Part shown: in pieces, positions 29,471 to 40,038 of the stretch
How positions within the stretch are numbered: the stretch's first letter is position 1
How the letters are laid out: the number at the start of each line of letters is the position of its first letter
Assembly (NCBI GenBank): GCA_963779755.1
Contig: CAVZZO010000001.1
Span: forward strand, 416,001 to 480,000
Source: an uncultured Gemmatimonadales bacterium
GTDB lineage: Bacteria; Gemmatimonadota; Gemmatimonadetes; Gemmatimonadales; GWC2-71-9
Direction: 5' to 3'
Length of the DNA: 64,000 bases
Notes under the pieces: model-generated
Told to the model about the DNA's origin: nothing
Databases searched by the model: none
The model's input: the letters and a program-made list of their open reading frames with translations, nothing else
Program-made: the position numbers and the translations under genes

Positions 29471-32136
29471 TGGCTCCGGGTGGAATCGACCGCCTGAGCG
29501 CTGCCCTGGCCGGCCGCTACCGTCTCGAGCGCGAGCTGGGTCAGGGAGGGATGGCCACGGTCTATCTGGCCGAGGATCTCAAGCACGACCGGCAAGTGGC
29601 CATCAAGGTGCTCCGGCCGGAGCTCGCCGCGGTGATCGGTGCCCAGCGCTTTCTGGCCGAGATCAAGACCACGGCCAACCTGCAGCACCCCCATATCCTG
29701 GCCCTGTTCGATTCGGGCGAGGTGGACGGCACCGTCTTCTATGTGATGCCGTTCGTGGAAGGCGAGTCACTGCGCGACCGGCTGGCGCGTGAGCACCAGC
29801 TGCCGGTCGCCGACGCAGTACGCCTCGCCACCGAGGTCGCGAGCGCCCTCGATTATGCCCATCGCCACGGGGTGATCCACCGCGACATCAAGCCCGAGAA
29901 CATCCTGCTCCATGACGGGCAGGCGCTGGTGGCGGATTTCGGCATCGCGCTCGCCGTGAGCCGTTCCGATGGCGGCACCCGCATGACCGAGACCGGGATG
30001 TCGCTGGGCACGCCGCACTACATGAGCCCCGAGCAGGCGATGGGCGAGCGGGAGATCACCGCCCGGACCGATGTTTACGCCCTGGGCTGCGTGCTGTACG
30101 AGATGCTGGTGGGCGAGCCGCCCTTCTCCGGTCCCACGGCGCAGGCGATCATCGCCAAGGTGATGACCGCGACCCCCGAGCCGGTCACCACCTACCGGAC
30201 GACTGTGCCGCCGCCGGTCGAGGACGCCGTGCATACCGCGATCCAGCGTCTGCCTGCCGACCGCTTTGCCACGGCGAAGGAGTTCGCGGAGGCGCTGGCG
30301 GGCGACGGCTCGGCGCCCCGTCGCACCAGCGGGATAGTGCGAGACCGGCCAGCCTCCACGGCGCGCTGGCTCCGCGACTGGCGCAGCATCGCGGCACTGG
30401 CGGCGGTGGCGGTCCTCGCGGTCTGGGGAATGGTCGCCGGCGGTGCTGCTCCAGCGGCAATCGACGAAAGTCACAAGGAGTACCTGAGCTTCCCGGACTC
30501 CCTCGCACCAGTCTCGGTCGTCGGACGCACCTTCGCCATCTCCCCCGATGGCCGCAATGTCGTGTTCCCCACTGCCGGTGCAGCGGGCAGCGGATCGACG
30601 ACCCACCTGCTGCTCAAGCGGCCCAACCAGCTCGACCCCGTTGCGATTTCGGGCACCACCGATGCCCGGTGGCCGGAGTTCTCGCCGGACGGCTCCCAGT
30701 TGGCCTACGTGCGCTCGGTGTTCGCCCAGGGTGCGCTCCAGACCATTCCAGTTTCTGGCGGGACACCCCGCACCTTGGTGGCCGACTCGGTCTTCATCGG
30801 TGCCTCCTGGGGTGATGACGGCTACATCTACTACTCCAGGCTGGGCGGGATCTTCCGGATACCGGGTGAAGGCGGGCGCATCGACACCCTGACGCGTCCT
30901 AAGGCCAGCGGGGCCACCACCGACTGGTGGCCGGTGGCCGTGCCGGGCGGTCGCGGGGTGGTGTTCACCCGGCAGCGTGGCTCCGGCCCTCTCGAGTTGC
31001 TCGCACTCCCCGCGGGGAGCTCCGAGCCGCGACAACTGACTGAGGGCATCCCCGTCGCCATCCTCCCCTCCGGCACATTCATCTTCTCGACCGACGGCCG
31101 ACAGTTGTACGCGGTGGCCTTCGATCTCCAGCGGCTCGAGCTCCGCGGCAATCCGGTGTTGCTCGCCTCCGACTTGCGGAACAACGGCGTCACCATTGCC
31201 GATGCCGCCTTCTCGGCGAGCGGCTCGATGCTTTACTGGAGCGACGGCGGCGCCGCGCGGAAGGTCTACTGGGTGGACCGGAGTGGTGTCGCCCGGCAAA
31301 TCGACCCCGCCTGGCGGACGCCCGTGGCCGAGTCCCCGGCCATTTCTCCCGACGGTCGCCGCCTGGCCATGTCGGTGGGGCATGGGCTCGAGGTGAAGCA
31401 GCTGGACGAGGGGCCCGCCACGCAGGTGGTCCGCCCGATCGGCGGACGGAACAACCTGAGGCCGGCGTGGCACCCGGACGGGCGGTCGTTGCTGTTCTAT
31501 CGCAGTGGCGGCAAGGACTCGGTGCTGCAGGTGCGCGACGACGGAGTCGGTGACCCGACCCCGACGGTGGATGAGCCCCGGGGGGTCGCCGATGCGATCT
31601 GGTCGCCCGATGGCCGATGGATGGTCTTCCGCACCTCGGTGGAAGCGGAGAACGGGTCGGACATCTACGCCAAGCTGGTGGATAGCGACGAGCCCGCGAT
31701 CCCGATCGTCACCTCCCCTTCCTCCGATGTCACGCCGGAGTTCTCGCCGGATGGGAAGTGGTTGGCCTATGCCTCGAGCGAGTCGGGCATCTTCGAGGTG
31801 TACATCCGGCCGTTTCCCAATGTCGAGGACCGCCGGATTCAGGTCTCGGCACGAGGCGGGCGGCAGCCGCGCTGGTCGCGTCGGAGCGGCGAACTCTTCT
31901 TCGTGGGGCCGGAGGAGATGCTGATGTCGGTGCGTATCCGGACCTCCCCGACTCTCGAGGTCGGGACGCCAGTGCCGCTGTTCCGGGTCACACCATACTA
32001 CATCAGCACCGCGTTCCACAAGAACTACGACGTGGATGCCGACGGGCAGCGATTCGTGATGGTCGGAACCGGCGGCATCCCGCAGGTCATCCGGATCGAC
32101 AACTGGCTGGTTGATTATCCGGAGCTCCGCAAATGA
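29470..32136 (+). CDS. Array kinase 2: Ser/Thr kinase - TM - propellers
   Basis: ATG overlaps the previous stop (TGATG); MAPGGIDRLSAALAGRY; full kinase motifs. Confidence 0.95.
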   Translation: MAPGGIDRLSAALAGRYRLERELGQGGMATVYLAEDLKHDRQVAIKVLRPELAAVIGAQRFLAEIKTTANLQHPHILALFDSGEVDGTVFYVMPFVEGESLRDRLAREHQLPVADAVRLATEVASALDYAHRHGVIHRDIKPENILLHDGQALVADFGIALAVSRSDGGTRMTETGMSLGTPHYMSPEQAMGEREITARTDVYALGCVLYEMLVGEPPFSGPTAQAIIAKVMTATPEPVTTYRTTVPPPVEDAVHTAIQRLPADRFATAKEFAEALAGDGSAPRRTSGIVRDRPASTARWLRDWRSIAALAAVAVLAVWGMVAGGAAPAAIDESHKEYLSFPDSLAPVSVVGRTFAISPDGRNVVFPTAGAAGSGSTTHLLLKRPNQLDPVAISGTTDARWPEFSPDGSQLAYVRSVFAQGALQTIPVSGGTPRTLVADSVFIGASWGDDGYIYYSRLGGIFRIPGEGGRIDTLTRPKASGATTDWWPVAVPGGRGVVFTRQRGSGPLELLALPAGSSEPRQLTEGIPVAILPSGTFIFSTDGRQLYAVAFDLQRLELRGNPVLLASDLRNNGVTIADAAFSASGSMLYWSDGGAARKVYWVDRSGVARQIDPAWRTPVAESPAISPDGRRLAMSVGHGLEVKQLDEGPATQVVRPIGGRNNLRPAWHPDGRSLLFYRSGGKDSVLQVRDDGVGDPTPTVDEPRGVADAIWSPDGRWMVFRTSVEAENGSDIYAKLVDSDEPAIPIVTSPSSDVTPEFSPDGKWLAYASSESGIFEVYIRPFPNVEDRRIQVSARGGRQPRWSRRSGELFFVGPEEMLMSVRIRTSPTLEVGTPVPLFRVTPYYISTAFHKNYDVDADGQRFVMVGTGGIPQVIRIDNWLVDYPELRK

Positions 32137-34796
32137 GCGAGGACATGGCCACGCTTGCGGCCGCCCTGGCCGACCGCTACACCCTCGAGCGGGAGCTGGG
32201 CGCCGGCGGGATGGCCACGGTCTATCTGGCGCACGACCTCAAGCACGACCGCCAGGTGGCCATCAAGGTGCTCCGGCCGGAGCTGGCCGCCGTGATCGGG
32301 GCCCAGCGCTTCCTGGCCGAGATCAAGACCACGGCCAACCTGCAGCACCCCCATATCCTGGCCCTGTTCGACTCGGGCGAGGTGGGCGGCACCGTCTTCT
32401 ACGTCATGCCGTTCGTGGAAGGCGAGTCGCTGCGCGACCGGCTCACCCGCGAGCACCAGCTGCCGGTGGGCGACGCGGTGCGCATCGCCACGGAGGTGGC
32501 GAGCGCCCTCGATTATGCCCATCGCCACGGGGTGATCCACCGGGACATCAAGCCGGAGAACATCCTGCTGCACGACGGGCAGGCGCTGGTGGCCGACTTC
32601 GGGATCGCGCTGGCGGTAAGCCGTTCCGAGGGCGGTACCCGGATGACCGAGACCGGGATGTCGCTGGGCACGCCGCACTACATGAGTCCGGAACAGGCCA
32701 TGGGGGAGCGGGAGATCACCGCCCGGACCGATGTTTACGCCCTGGGCTGCGTGCTGTACGAGATGCTGGTGGGCGAGCCGCCCTTCTCCGGTCCCACGGC
32801 GCAGGCGATTATCGCCCGGGTGATGACCGAAGAGCCGCGCTCGCTCACTATCCAGCGGCGGTCGGTTCCCGAGAACGTCGAAGCAGCGGTCTTTACCGCG
32901 CTGGAGAAGCTGCCGGCGGACCGCTTCGCATCGGCCGCCGAGTTCGCCGCCGCCCTGGCCTCTGACGGGATCACCACCCGGCGGGTCACCCGCGCGATGC
33001 CTTCGGTACGGCAGCGCGGACTGCGCTCGCGCTGGATCGCGCCGGCCGCCGTCGTGGTGCTCGGCGTCGCCGCGCTGTGGGGCTGGCTCCGTCCCGGTCC
33101 CGCCCAGGTTCCCAGCCGGCAGCGGGTGGTCCTCTGGCGCACCACGGCCGCGGATTTCCTCAGTCCCAGCGCCCTGCGCATCGAGTCCCGGGTCGCCATC
33201 TCGCCCGACGGGGCCTGGATCGTCTTTGCCGACTCGGCCGGCGGCGACACCCAGCTCTTCCTCAAGGGACGCAACGAGCGCAGTGCCACGCCGATTGCGG
33301 GCACTGAGGGCGCCGCCAGTCCTTTCTTCTCGCCCGATGGAGAGTGGATCGGGTATCTGACCCACGGCAAGCTCCGCAAGGTGCGCGTCTCCGGCGGCGG
33401 CTCGATTCAGCTTGCCACCACCGGAAACACGACATATGAGGTTGGCACCTGGCTGGACGACGGGACCATCGCCTTTACCGACAACAGCGGCGGCATGTCC
33501 CGCGTCCCGGCCGAAGGTGGAGCGGTCACGGTCCTGCGCGCGCCGAGGAAGGACCACCGCGACGATCCCTCGGCTCTCTCCCCACTGCCGGGGAGCCGGG
33601 GCGTGCTCTTTACCGGCTGTCCCGGCAATTGCGCCAGCGCCTCGGCGCTGTACGCCTACGACATCCGGCGCGATACCACGCTGCTCCTGGTGCCCGATGC
33701 GGCGGGTGGGTGGTATTCGCCCACCGGCCACCTGCTCTACGTCAGCCGGGCTGGCGGGCTGTTCGCGGTGGGATTCGACCTGAAGCACATGAAGGTTACC
33801 TCGGGTGCCGTGTCCGTCGCCGACAGCGTGGCGCCGAATGGGCTGACCTTGTCCGCTTCCGGCACGGCGTTGCTCACCTTCGGCACCGAGAACTTCGACG
33901 GCTCGACGCTGGACTGGGTGTCCCGCGATGGAACCCAGGAGCCCTTCGCTCCCGACTGGACGGGAAACTTCGAGTATCCCGCCCTGGCGCCCGACGGCAG
34001 AACCGTCGCGGTGAGTATCCGGAATGGTGTGACGAAGCTCTGGATCCGCCGCGCGGATGGATCGCGGATCCGCGTAACGCACGGCGACCTGGGGAGCTGG
34101 CGGCCCAGTTTCAGCCCGGACGGGCGCAGCTTCGCCTTCATTACGGCCGACGGCGCCACATCCGATTCGGGGGCCAAGGACGCGTATCTCAGCCCGGCCG
34201 ACGGCAGCACCCCGCCGCGGCTCCTGCTCGATATGGTACCGGGGATCTGGGAGGTCGAGTTCAGCCGGGATGGGCAGTGGGAACTGTTCCGAACCGACGA
34301 TGCGGCATCGTACGGGGTGTTCTACGCCCGCCGCCTGCACGGCGATACCACCCTGCGCCTGATCCATTCGGACAGCAGCTTCAACACTCAGATGGCGCTT
34401 TCGCCCGACAGCAAGTGGCTGGCCTTCACCTCCGACCATTCAGGGCACTCGGAGGTCTATGTCGCGTCGTTCCCCGACATGCAGATCAAGTATCCCGTGT
34501 CGCAGGGCGGCGGGACCGAGCCTCGCTGGGCCCATAGCGGGCGGGAGCTCTTCTTCAAGAGCCACGGCCAGCTGATGAGCCTTCCGGTGAGGCCGGGCGC
34601 CGGGTTCTCCCCGGGGAGTGCCCGGCCGCTCTTTCCGGTCGGGCAATACGCCGATGCCATCAACCGGCAGCAGTATGACGTCAGTCCGGACGATCGCCGC
34701 TTCCTGATGATTCGCCGCCCGGCCAGCAGTGGCCGGCAGGAGGTGGTACTGGTGGAGCATTTCTTCGAGGACCTCAGGTCCAAGGTGAAGCCGTGA
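32133..34796 (+). CDS. Array kinase 3: Ser/Thr kinase - TM - propellers
   Basis: ATGA overlap; full kinase motifs; TM; SPDG repeats. Confidence 0.95.
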   Translation: MSEDMATLAAALADRYTLERELGAGGMATVYLAHDLKHDRQVAIKVLRPELAAVIGAQRFLAEIKTTANLQHPHILALFDSGEVGGTVFYVMPFVEGESLRDRLTREHQLPVGDAVRIATEVASALDYAHRHGVIHRDIKPENILLHDGQALVADFGIALAVSRSEGGTRMTETGMSLGTPHYMSPEQAMGEREITARTDVYALGCVLYEMLVGEPPFSGPTAQAIIARVMTEEPRSLTIQRRSVPENVEAAVFTALEKLPADRFASAAEFAAALASDGITTRRVTRAMPSVRQRGLRSRWIAPAAVVVLGVAALWGWLRPGPAQVPSRQRVVLWRTTAADFLSPSALRIESRVAISPDGAWIVFADSAGGDTQLFLKGRNERSATPIAGTEGAASPFFSPDGEWIGYLTHGKLRKVRVSGGGSIQLATTGNTTYEVGTWLDDGTIAFTDNSGGMSRVPAEGGAVTVLRAPRKDHRDDPSALSPLPGSRGVLFTGCPGNCASASALYAYDIRRDTTLLLVPDAAGGWYSPTGHLLYVSRAGGLFAVGFDLKHMKVTSGAVSVADSVAPNGLTLSASGTALLTFGTENFDGSTLDWVSRDGTQEPFAPDWTGNFEYPALAPDGRTVAVSIRNGVTKLWIRRADGSRIRVTHGDLGSWRPSFSPDGRSFAFITADGATSDSGAKDAYLSPADGSTPPRLLLDMVPGIWEVEFSRDGQWELFRTDDAASYGVFYARRLHGDTTLRLIHSDSSFNTQMALSPDSKWLAFTSDHSGHSEVYVASFPDMQIKYPVSQGGGTEPRWAHSGRELFFKSHGQLMSLPVRPGAGFSPGSARPLFPVGQYADAINRQQYDVSPDDRRFLMIRRPASSGRQEVVLVEHFFEDLRSKVKP

Positions 34797-37414
34797 GCCT
34801 CGACCGCCTCGCCGCCGCCCTGGCCGACCGCTATCGGATCGAGCGCGAGCTGGGGGCCGGCGGCATGGCCACGGTGTACCTGGCCGAGGATCTCAAGCAC
34901 GACCGGCAGGTGGCCATCAAGGTCCTGAAGCCCGAGCTGGCCGCCGTGCTCGGCGCCGAGCGCTTCGTGGTGGAGATCAAGACCACGGCAGCGTTGAGCC
35001 ATCCGCATATTCTGCCGCTGTTCGACAGTGGCCGGGCCGTCGTTCCCCCTCTCCGCGACGCGGAGAGGGGGACAGGGGGTGAGGTCTTCCTCTACTATGT
35101 GATGCCCTTCATTGAGGGGGAAACCCTCCGCGACAAGTTGAACCGGGAGGGCCAGCTCGGTATCGACGAGGCGGTGAGGATCACCACCGAGGTGGCGGAC
35201 GCGTTGGACTATGCCCACCGCCACGGGGTGATCCACCGTGACATCAAGCCGGAGAACATCCTGCTGCACGACGGCCGGCCGATGGTGGCGGATTTCGGGA
35301 TCGCGCTGGCGGTGAGCGCCGCGGCCGGCGGACGGATGACCGAGACCGGGCTCTCCCTCGGCACTCCGCACTACATGAGCCCGGAGCAGGCGACGGCGGA
35401 GAAGGAGTTGACCAACCGGTCGGACATCTACTCGCTGGGGAGCGTGCTGTACGAGATGCTGACGGGGAGCCCGCCGCACACCGGGGCCTCGGTGCAGCAG
35501 ATCATCATGAAGATCGTGGCGGAGGATCCGGCACCGGTCACGGCGTTCCGGAAGAGTGTGCCGCCTAATGTGGCGGCCGCGGTGGGGAAGGCGCTGGAGA
35601 AGGTGCCGGCCGACCGGTTTGCGACGGCGAAGGAGTTTGCCGACGCGCTGGCGAATGTCCACTTCACCACGGAGGCGGCAGCAGCGGGCGCCGCAGGCGG
35701 CTATCCCCAGAGCTTCCGGAGCTGGGTCCGGAGTCCCTGGTCGTGGGCCGCCGCCGTGCTGGTGGTCGCCGCCGGTGCCTGGGCGGTGAGGGCGAACCGG
35801 GGGGCGTCCGCCTTGTCCACGGCGATTTTCGAGCCATGGACCTTCGAATCGCAGTCGATCTTCAACGCCCGCTTCGCCCCCGACGGACAGACGATGGTGT
35901 TCGATGCCATGCCCGCTGTGGGCCTGACACCCCGGCTCTTCGTGATCCGGTCCGACCATCCCGATCCCGCTCCCCTAGGGCCCGACTCGACCCACCTCCT
36001 GAGTGTGTCGGGGAGTGGAAAGCTCGCGATCCTTACACACGCCACCTACGTGGCTCACCGGTTGTTCCGGGGAACACTCGCGACGATCTCCCTGGGGACC
36101 GAGGCGCCGCGCGAGCTGGCCGCCGGGGTGCGTGAAGCCGACTGGGCGCCGGACGACACCAGCCTGGCCGTCATCCGCGACAGCGCCGGTACGGACCTGC
36201 TCGAGTATCCGGTGGGGACAGTACTCGTTCGGTCACAGGGGTATCTCTCGGACCCGAGGGTCTCGCCATCGGGCGATGCCGTGGCGTACTTCGAACATCC
36301 GGCGAAGTGGGACGACCGTGGTACCGCCGTGATGGTGGACCGCGCGGGCCGCACCGAGGCGCGCTCTCCCGAATCCTGGGGGCTTGAAGGAATCGCCTGG
36401 CAGCCGGACGGCAAGGCCATCGTGTATTCCGCTGCCGGAGCGCAGCTGGCGAGCCTCTATCAGCCGCGGGAGCTGGACCGATCTGGACGCGACCGGTTGG
36501 TACTCTCCGGCCCCGGCAATCTGGTGATCCAGGACGTCTCCCGGAGCGGCCGCCTGTTGCTGACGGAAGACCGGACGCCTTACGTGCTGGTTGGGCGAGG
36601 GACGGGTGCCCCGGATGAGAAGGCCCTGGGGGTGCGCGACCTGTCAAGCGTACCGGTGATAAGCCCCGACGGCCGGCATCTGGCATTCTCGGACCAGAGC
36701 GGGTTCGGCGGTCCCAACTACACGGTGTTGTGGCGCAGCACGGACGGCTCGCCCCCGGTTCCCCTCGGCGAGGGCGGGCCAGGGGGCATCTCCGCCGACA
36801 ACGGTCTTGTCCTGGCACTCGTGTACACCAATCCCCCGAAACTCATGCTCTACCCTACGGGTCCCGGCAGGTCACGGCGCGTCGATTCGGGACAGTTCCA
36901 GTCGCTCACGAAATCCGGTGCGCTCCGGGTCTCCCCGACGGACACCACCGTGTTCTTCTGTGGTGCGGAGCCGAAGCAGGCGGGGCGCTGCTATGTCGCA
37001 AAGCTTCCCGCCGGGACCATTACCCCGGTCACACCCCCGGGAGCCTCCCCTGGATGGCTCTCGCCCGATGGGAGTAACGTGCTCGTGAGAACGAACGGCT
37101 TCACGATCTACCCCACGGATGGCGGCCCGCCGCGGCCCGCGCACGGCTTCCGTCCGGGGGACCTCCCGATCCGGTGGAGCCCGGATGGGCACGACGTCTG
37201 GGTCTGGTCGAACCCACTCGCGATTTCGCCCATTCGCATTGATCGGATCGATCCGGTGACCGGCGCGCGCGCCGCACTCGTGAGCATCGTGCCACGCGAC
37301 CCGACCGGCGTGCGGCAACTCGGCTTCCTGACCCTGGCCGATGACCCGCACGGCTATGCATTCGTCGAATATCCCTACGTGTCGCGGCTCTTCACTGTGG
37401 ACGGGGTCCGGTGA
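34793..37414 (+). CDS. Array kinase 4: Ser/Thr kinase - TM - WD40-like propellers, with in-frame hairpin insert
   Basis: GTGA overlap; full kinase motifs; IFNARFAPDG-type sensor. Confidence 0.95.
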   Translation: MSLDRLAAALADRYRIERELGAGGMATVYLAEDLKHDRQVAIKVLKPELAAVLGAERFVVEIKTTAALSHPHILPLFDSGRAVVPPLRDAERGTGGEVFLYYVMPFIEGETLRDKLNREGQLGIDEAVRITTEVADALDYAHRHGVIHRDIKPENILLHDGRPMVADFGIALAVSAAAGGRMTETGLSLGTPHYMSPEQATAEKELTNRSDIYSLGSVLYEMLTGSPPHTGASVQQIIMKIVAEDPAPVTAFRKSVPPNVAAAVGKALEKVPADRFATAKEFADALANVHFTTEAAAAGAAGGYPQSFRSWVRSPWSWAAAVLVVAAGAWAVRANRGASALSTAIFEPWTFESQSIFNARFAPDGQTMVFDAMPAVGLTPRLFVIRSDHPDPAPLGPDSTHLLSVSGSGKLAILTHATYVAHRLFRGTLATISLGTEAPRELAAGVREADWAPDDTSLAVIRDSAGTDLLEYPVGTVLVRSQGYLSDPRVSPSGDAVAYFEHPAKWDDRGTAVMVDRAGRTEARSPESWGLEGIAWQPDGKAIVYSAAGAQLASLYQPRELDRSGRDRLVLSGPGNLVIQDVSRSGRLLLTEDRTPYVLVGRGTGAPDEKALGVRDLSSVPVISPDGRHLAFSDQSGFGGPNYTVLWRSTDGSPPVPLGEGGPGGISADNGLVLALVYTNPPKLMLYPTGPGRSRRVDSGQFQSLTKSGALRVSPTDTTVFFCGAEPKQAGRCYVAKLPAGTITPVTPPGASPGWLSPDGSNVLVRTNGFTIYPTDGGPPRPAHGFRPGDLPIRWSPDGHDVWVWSNPLAISPIRIDRIDPVTGARAALVSIVPRDPTGVRQLGFLTLADDPHGYAFVEYPYVSRLFTVDGVR
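35044..35072. repeat. REP-like palindrome inside kinase coding sequence
   Basis: TCCCCCTCTCCGC-GAC-GCGGAGAGGGGGA; second copy at 45732-45760. Confidence 0.85.
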
Positions 37415-40038
37415 GCGACGTGCCTGCCCGCCTCGCCGCCGCCCTGGCCGACCGCTACCGGATCGAGCGCGAGCTGGGCCAGGGCGGCATGGCCACCGTC
37501 TACCTGGCCCAGGACCTGAAGCACGACCGCAGGGTGGCCATCAAGGTCCTGAAGCCCGAACTCGCGGCGGTGCTGGGCGCCGAGCGGTTTGTCCAGGAGA
37601 TCAAGACCACCGCGGCGCTGAGCCACCCGCATATCCTGCCTTTGTTTGACAGCGGGCGGGCGGGCGGTCAGGCGGACGGGCGGTCGGATGACTTCCTGTA
37701 CTACGTCATGCCCTATATCGAGGGGGAGACCCTTCGCGACAAGCTGGACCGGGAAGCCCAGCTCGGCATCCACGAGGCGGTCAAGATCGCCACCGAAGTG
37801 GCCGACGCGCTGGACTATGCGCACCGGCACGGGGTGATCCATCGCGACATCAAGCCGGAGAACATCCTGCTGCACGACGGCCGGCCCATGGTGGCCGATT
37901 TCGGGATCGCCCTGGCGGTGAGCGCCGCGGCGGGCGGCCGGATGACCGAGACGGGCCTGTCCCTCGGCACACCGCATTACATGTCGCCCGAACAGGCGAC
38001 GGCCGAGAAAGAGCTCACCAGCCGTTCGGACATCTACTCGCTCGGCGCGGTGCTGTACGAGATGCTGACCGGCGATCCGCCGCACACCGGGGCCACGGTG
38101 CAGCAGATCATCATGAAGATCGTGACCGAGGACCCCGCCCCGGTCACCAAGGCGCGCCGGTCGGTTCCGCCCAATGTGGCGGCGGCGGTGAGCCAGGCGC
38201 TGGAGAAGGTACCGGCCGACCGGTTCGACTCCGCCAAGGCGTTCGCCGAGGCGCTGGCGGATCCCCACTTCAGGACCGCGCGCTCCGGCGCGGGTGGCGC
38301 GTTGTCGCCCACCGCGCCGGGCTTCCGGCCCTTGCTGCGCAGTCCCTGGTGGTGGGGCACGGTCGCGGTGGCCGCGGGAGCGGTACTGCTGGCCGTCGCC
38401 CTGCCCCGCCATGGGGCACCGGCCTCGGCGCCGTGGTTCACGGCCCAGACGTTCGATGCGCGTACGATCTTCAATGCGCGCTTCATGCCCGATGGGAAGA
38501 CGATGGTGTTCAGCGGCACGCCCGACGTTGGAACGGAGTCGCACCTGTACGTCATCCGGCCCGATCATCCGGACCCCGCCGCCTTCGGACCGGATTCGAC
38601 ACACCTGCTGAACGTCTCACAGGCCGGTGAGCTCGCCGTCCTCACGCATGCACGCTACGTCGGACGGCACCGGCTCTTTACCGGCACGCTGGCGACCCTG
38701 TCGCTTGGGGGCGAGGCGCCCCACGAGGTGACGACCGGCGTGCGCGAGGCCGATTGGGGTCCGGACGGGAAGAGCATGGCGGTGATTCGGGACAGCAGCG
38801 GCACCGACCTGCTGGAGTACCCGGTGGGGACGGTCCTGGTCCGGTCCCAGGGCTATCTGTCCGACCCCAGGATCTCGCCCTCGGGAGACGCGATCGCGTA
38901 TCTCCAGCACCCCGCCAGGTTCGACGACCGCGGGTATGCCGTCATCGCCGACCGTGCGGGGCAACCGCTGGTACGGTCGGGAGACTACCCCAGCATCGAA
39001 GGGATCGCGTGGCGGCCGGACGGGAGGAGCATCCTGTACTCGGCCGCGGGCGACGCAAGTGCCGGCGTTGCCGGCTACGCGCTGCGTGAGCTCGCCCGGT
39101 CGGGGCAGGACCGCTGGGCCCTCTCCGGCACGGGCGGCCTGACGGTACAGGACGTCTCCCCGCAGGGCCGGGTGCTGCTTACCGATGACCGGCAAATGTA
39201 CCGCGTCGTCGGGCGGGGGCCGGGCGCCACCGAGGAGACGAACCTCGGGGTGCGTAACCTTTCGGCCCGGCCGGTCCTCAGCCGGGACGGACGGTATCTC
39301 ATGTTCAGCGACATGAGCGTCACGGGAGGTTCCCACTATTCGGTGCTGCGCCGTGGCACGAACGGCTCGCCGCCGGGCCGCCTCGGCGAGGGAACGCCGC
39401 TGGCGGTGTCCCCGGACGGCGGGCTCGTTCTGGCCGGGGTGATCACCACGCCCCCCAGGCTCATGCTCTACCCGACGGGGCCGGGCACGGCGCGCCGCAT
39501 TGACGCCGGACAGTTGCAGGCATTCGACGCGTCCGCCGGTGACGTTCGCCTCGCCGGGAGCGACACCATCGCGTTCTTCTGCGGCACGGAGTCGGAGCAG
39601 GCCGGGCGTTGTTACGTTGACTCGCTGCCGCGGGGAATCCTCACCCCGGTCACGCCGCTCGGAACGTCGCAGGGAATCGTCTCGCCGGACGGCCGCAGTG
39701 TGCTGGCCCAGGTCGGCGACAGTGTGGCGCTCTATCCGCTGGGGGGAGGGGCGCCACGCCGGGCGCTCGGCGTCCGTCCCGGAGACTATCTGGTGCGCTG
39801 GAGCCCGGATGGACGGGAGGTCTGGGTATGGGCCAATTCCGGGTCGGTCGCGCCCCCGCATTTCGACCGCATCGATCCCCTGACCGGTGAGCGTGGCCCG
39901 CTGTTCACTGCCGCCTCCCGCGATCTCGGCGGGGTGCGCGGCATGTTCTGGCCGACCCTGGCCGACGATCCGCAGGTGTACGCGTACGACCAGTTGGTCT
40001 ACACATCGCTGCTCTACACCGTGGACAGTCTGCGATGA
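37411..40038 (+). CDS. Array kinase 5: Ser/Thr kinase - TM - WD40-like propellers (closest paralog of kinase 4)
   Basis: GTGA overlap; shares GPDSTHLL, DSxGTDLLEYPVGTVLVRSQGYLSDPR with kinase 4. Confidence 0.95.
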   Translation: MSDVPARLAAALADRYRIERELGQGGMATVYLAQDLKHDRRVAIKVLKPELAAVLGAERFVQEIKTTAALSHPHILPLFDSGRAGGQADGRSDDFLYYVMPYIEGETLRDKLDREAQLGIHEAVKIATEVADALDYAHRHGVIHRDIKPENILLHDGRPMVADFGIALAVSAAAGGRMTETGLSLGTPHYMSPEQATAEKELTSRSDIYSLGAVLYEMLTGDPPHTGATVQQIIMKIVTEDPAPVTKARRSVPPNVAAAVSQALEKVPADRFDSAKAFAEALADPHFRTARSGAGGALSPTAPGFRPLLRSPWWWGTVAVAAGAVLLAVALPRHGAPASAPWFTAQTFDARTIFNARFMPDGKTMVFSGTPDVGTESHLYVIRPDHPDPAAFGPDSTHLLNVSQAGELAVLTHARYVGRHRLFTGTLATLSLGGEAPHEVTTGVREADWGPDGKSMAVIRDSSGTDLLEYPVGTVLVRSQGYLSDPRISPSGDAIAYLQHPARFDDRGYAVIADRAGQPLVRSGDYPSIEGIAWRPDGRSILYSAAGDASAGVAGYALRELARSGQDRWALSGTGGLTVQDVSPQGRVLLTDDRQMYRVVGRGPGATEETNLGVRNLSARPVLSRDGRYLMFSDMSVTGGSHYSVLRRGTNGSPPGRLGEGTPLAVSPDGGLVLAGVITTPPRLMLYPTGPGTARRIDAGQLQAFDASAGDVRLAGSDTIAFFCGTESEQAGRCYVDSLPRGILTPVTPLGTSQGIVSPDGRSVLAQVGDSVALYPLGGGAPRRALGVRPGDYLVRWSPDGREVWVWANSGSVAPPHFDRIDPLTGERGPLFTAASRDLGGVRGMFWPTLADDPQVYAYDQLVYTSLLYTVDSLR

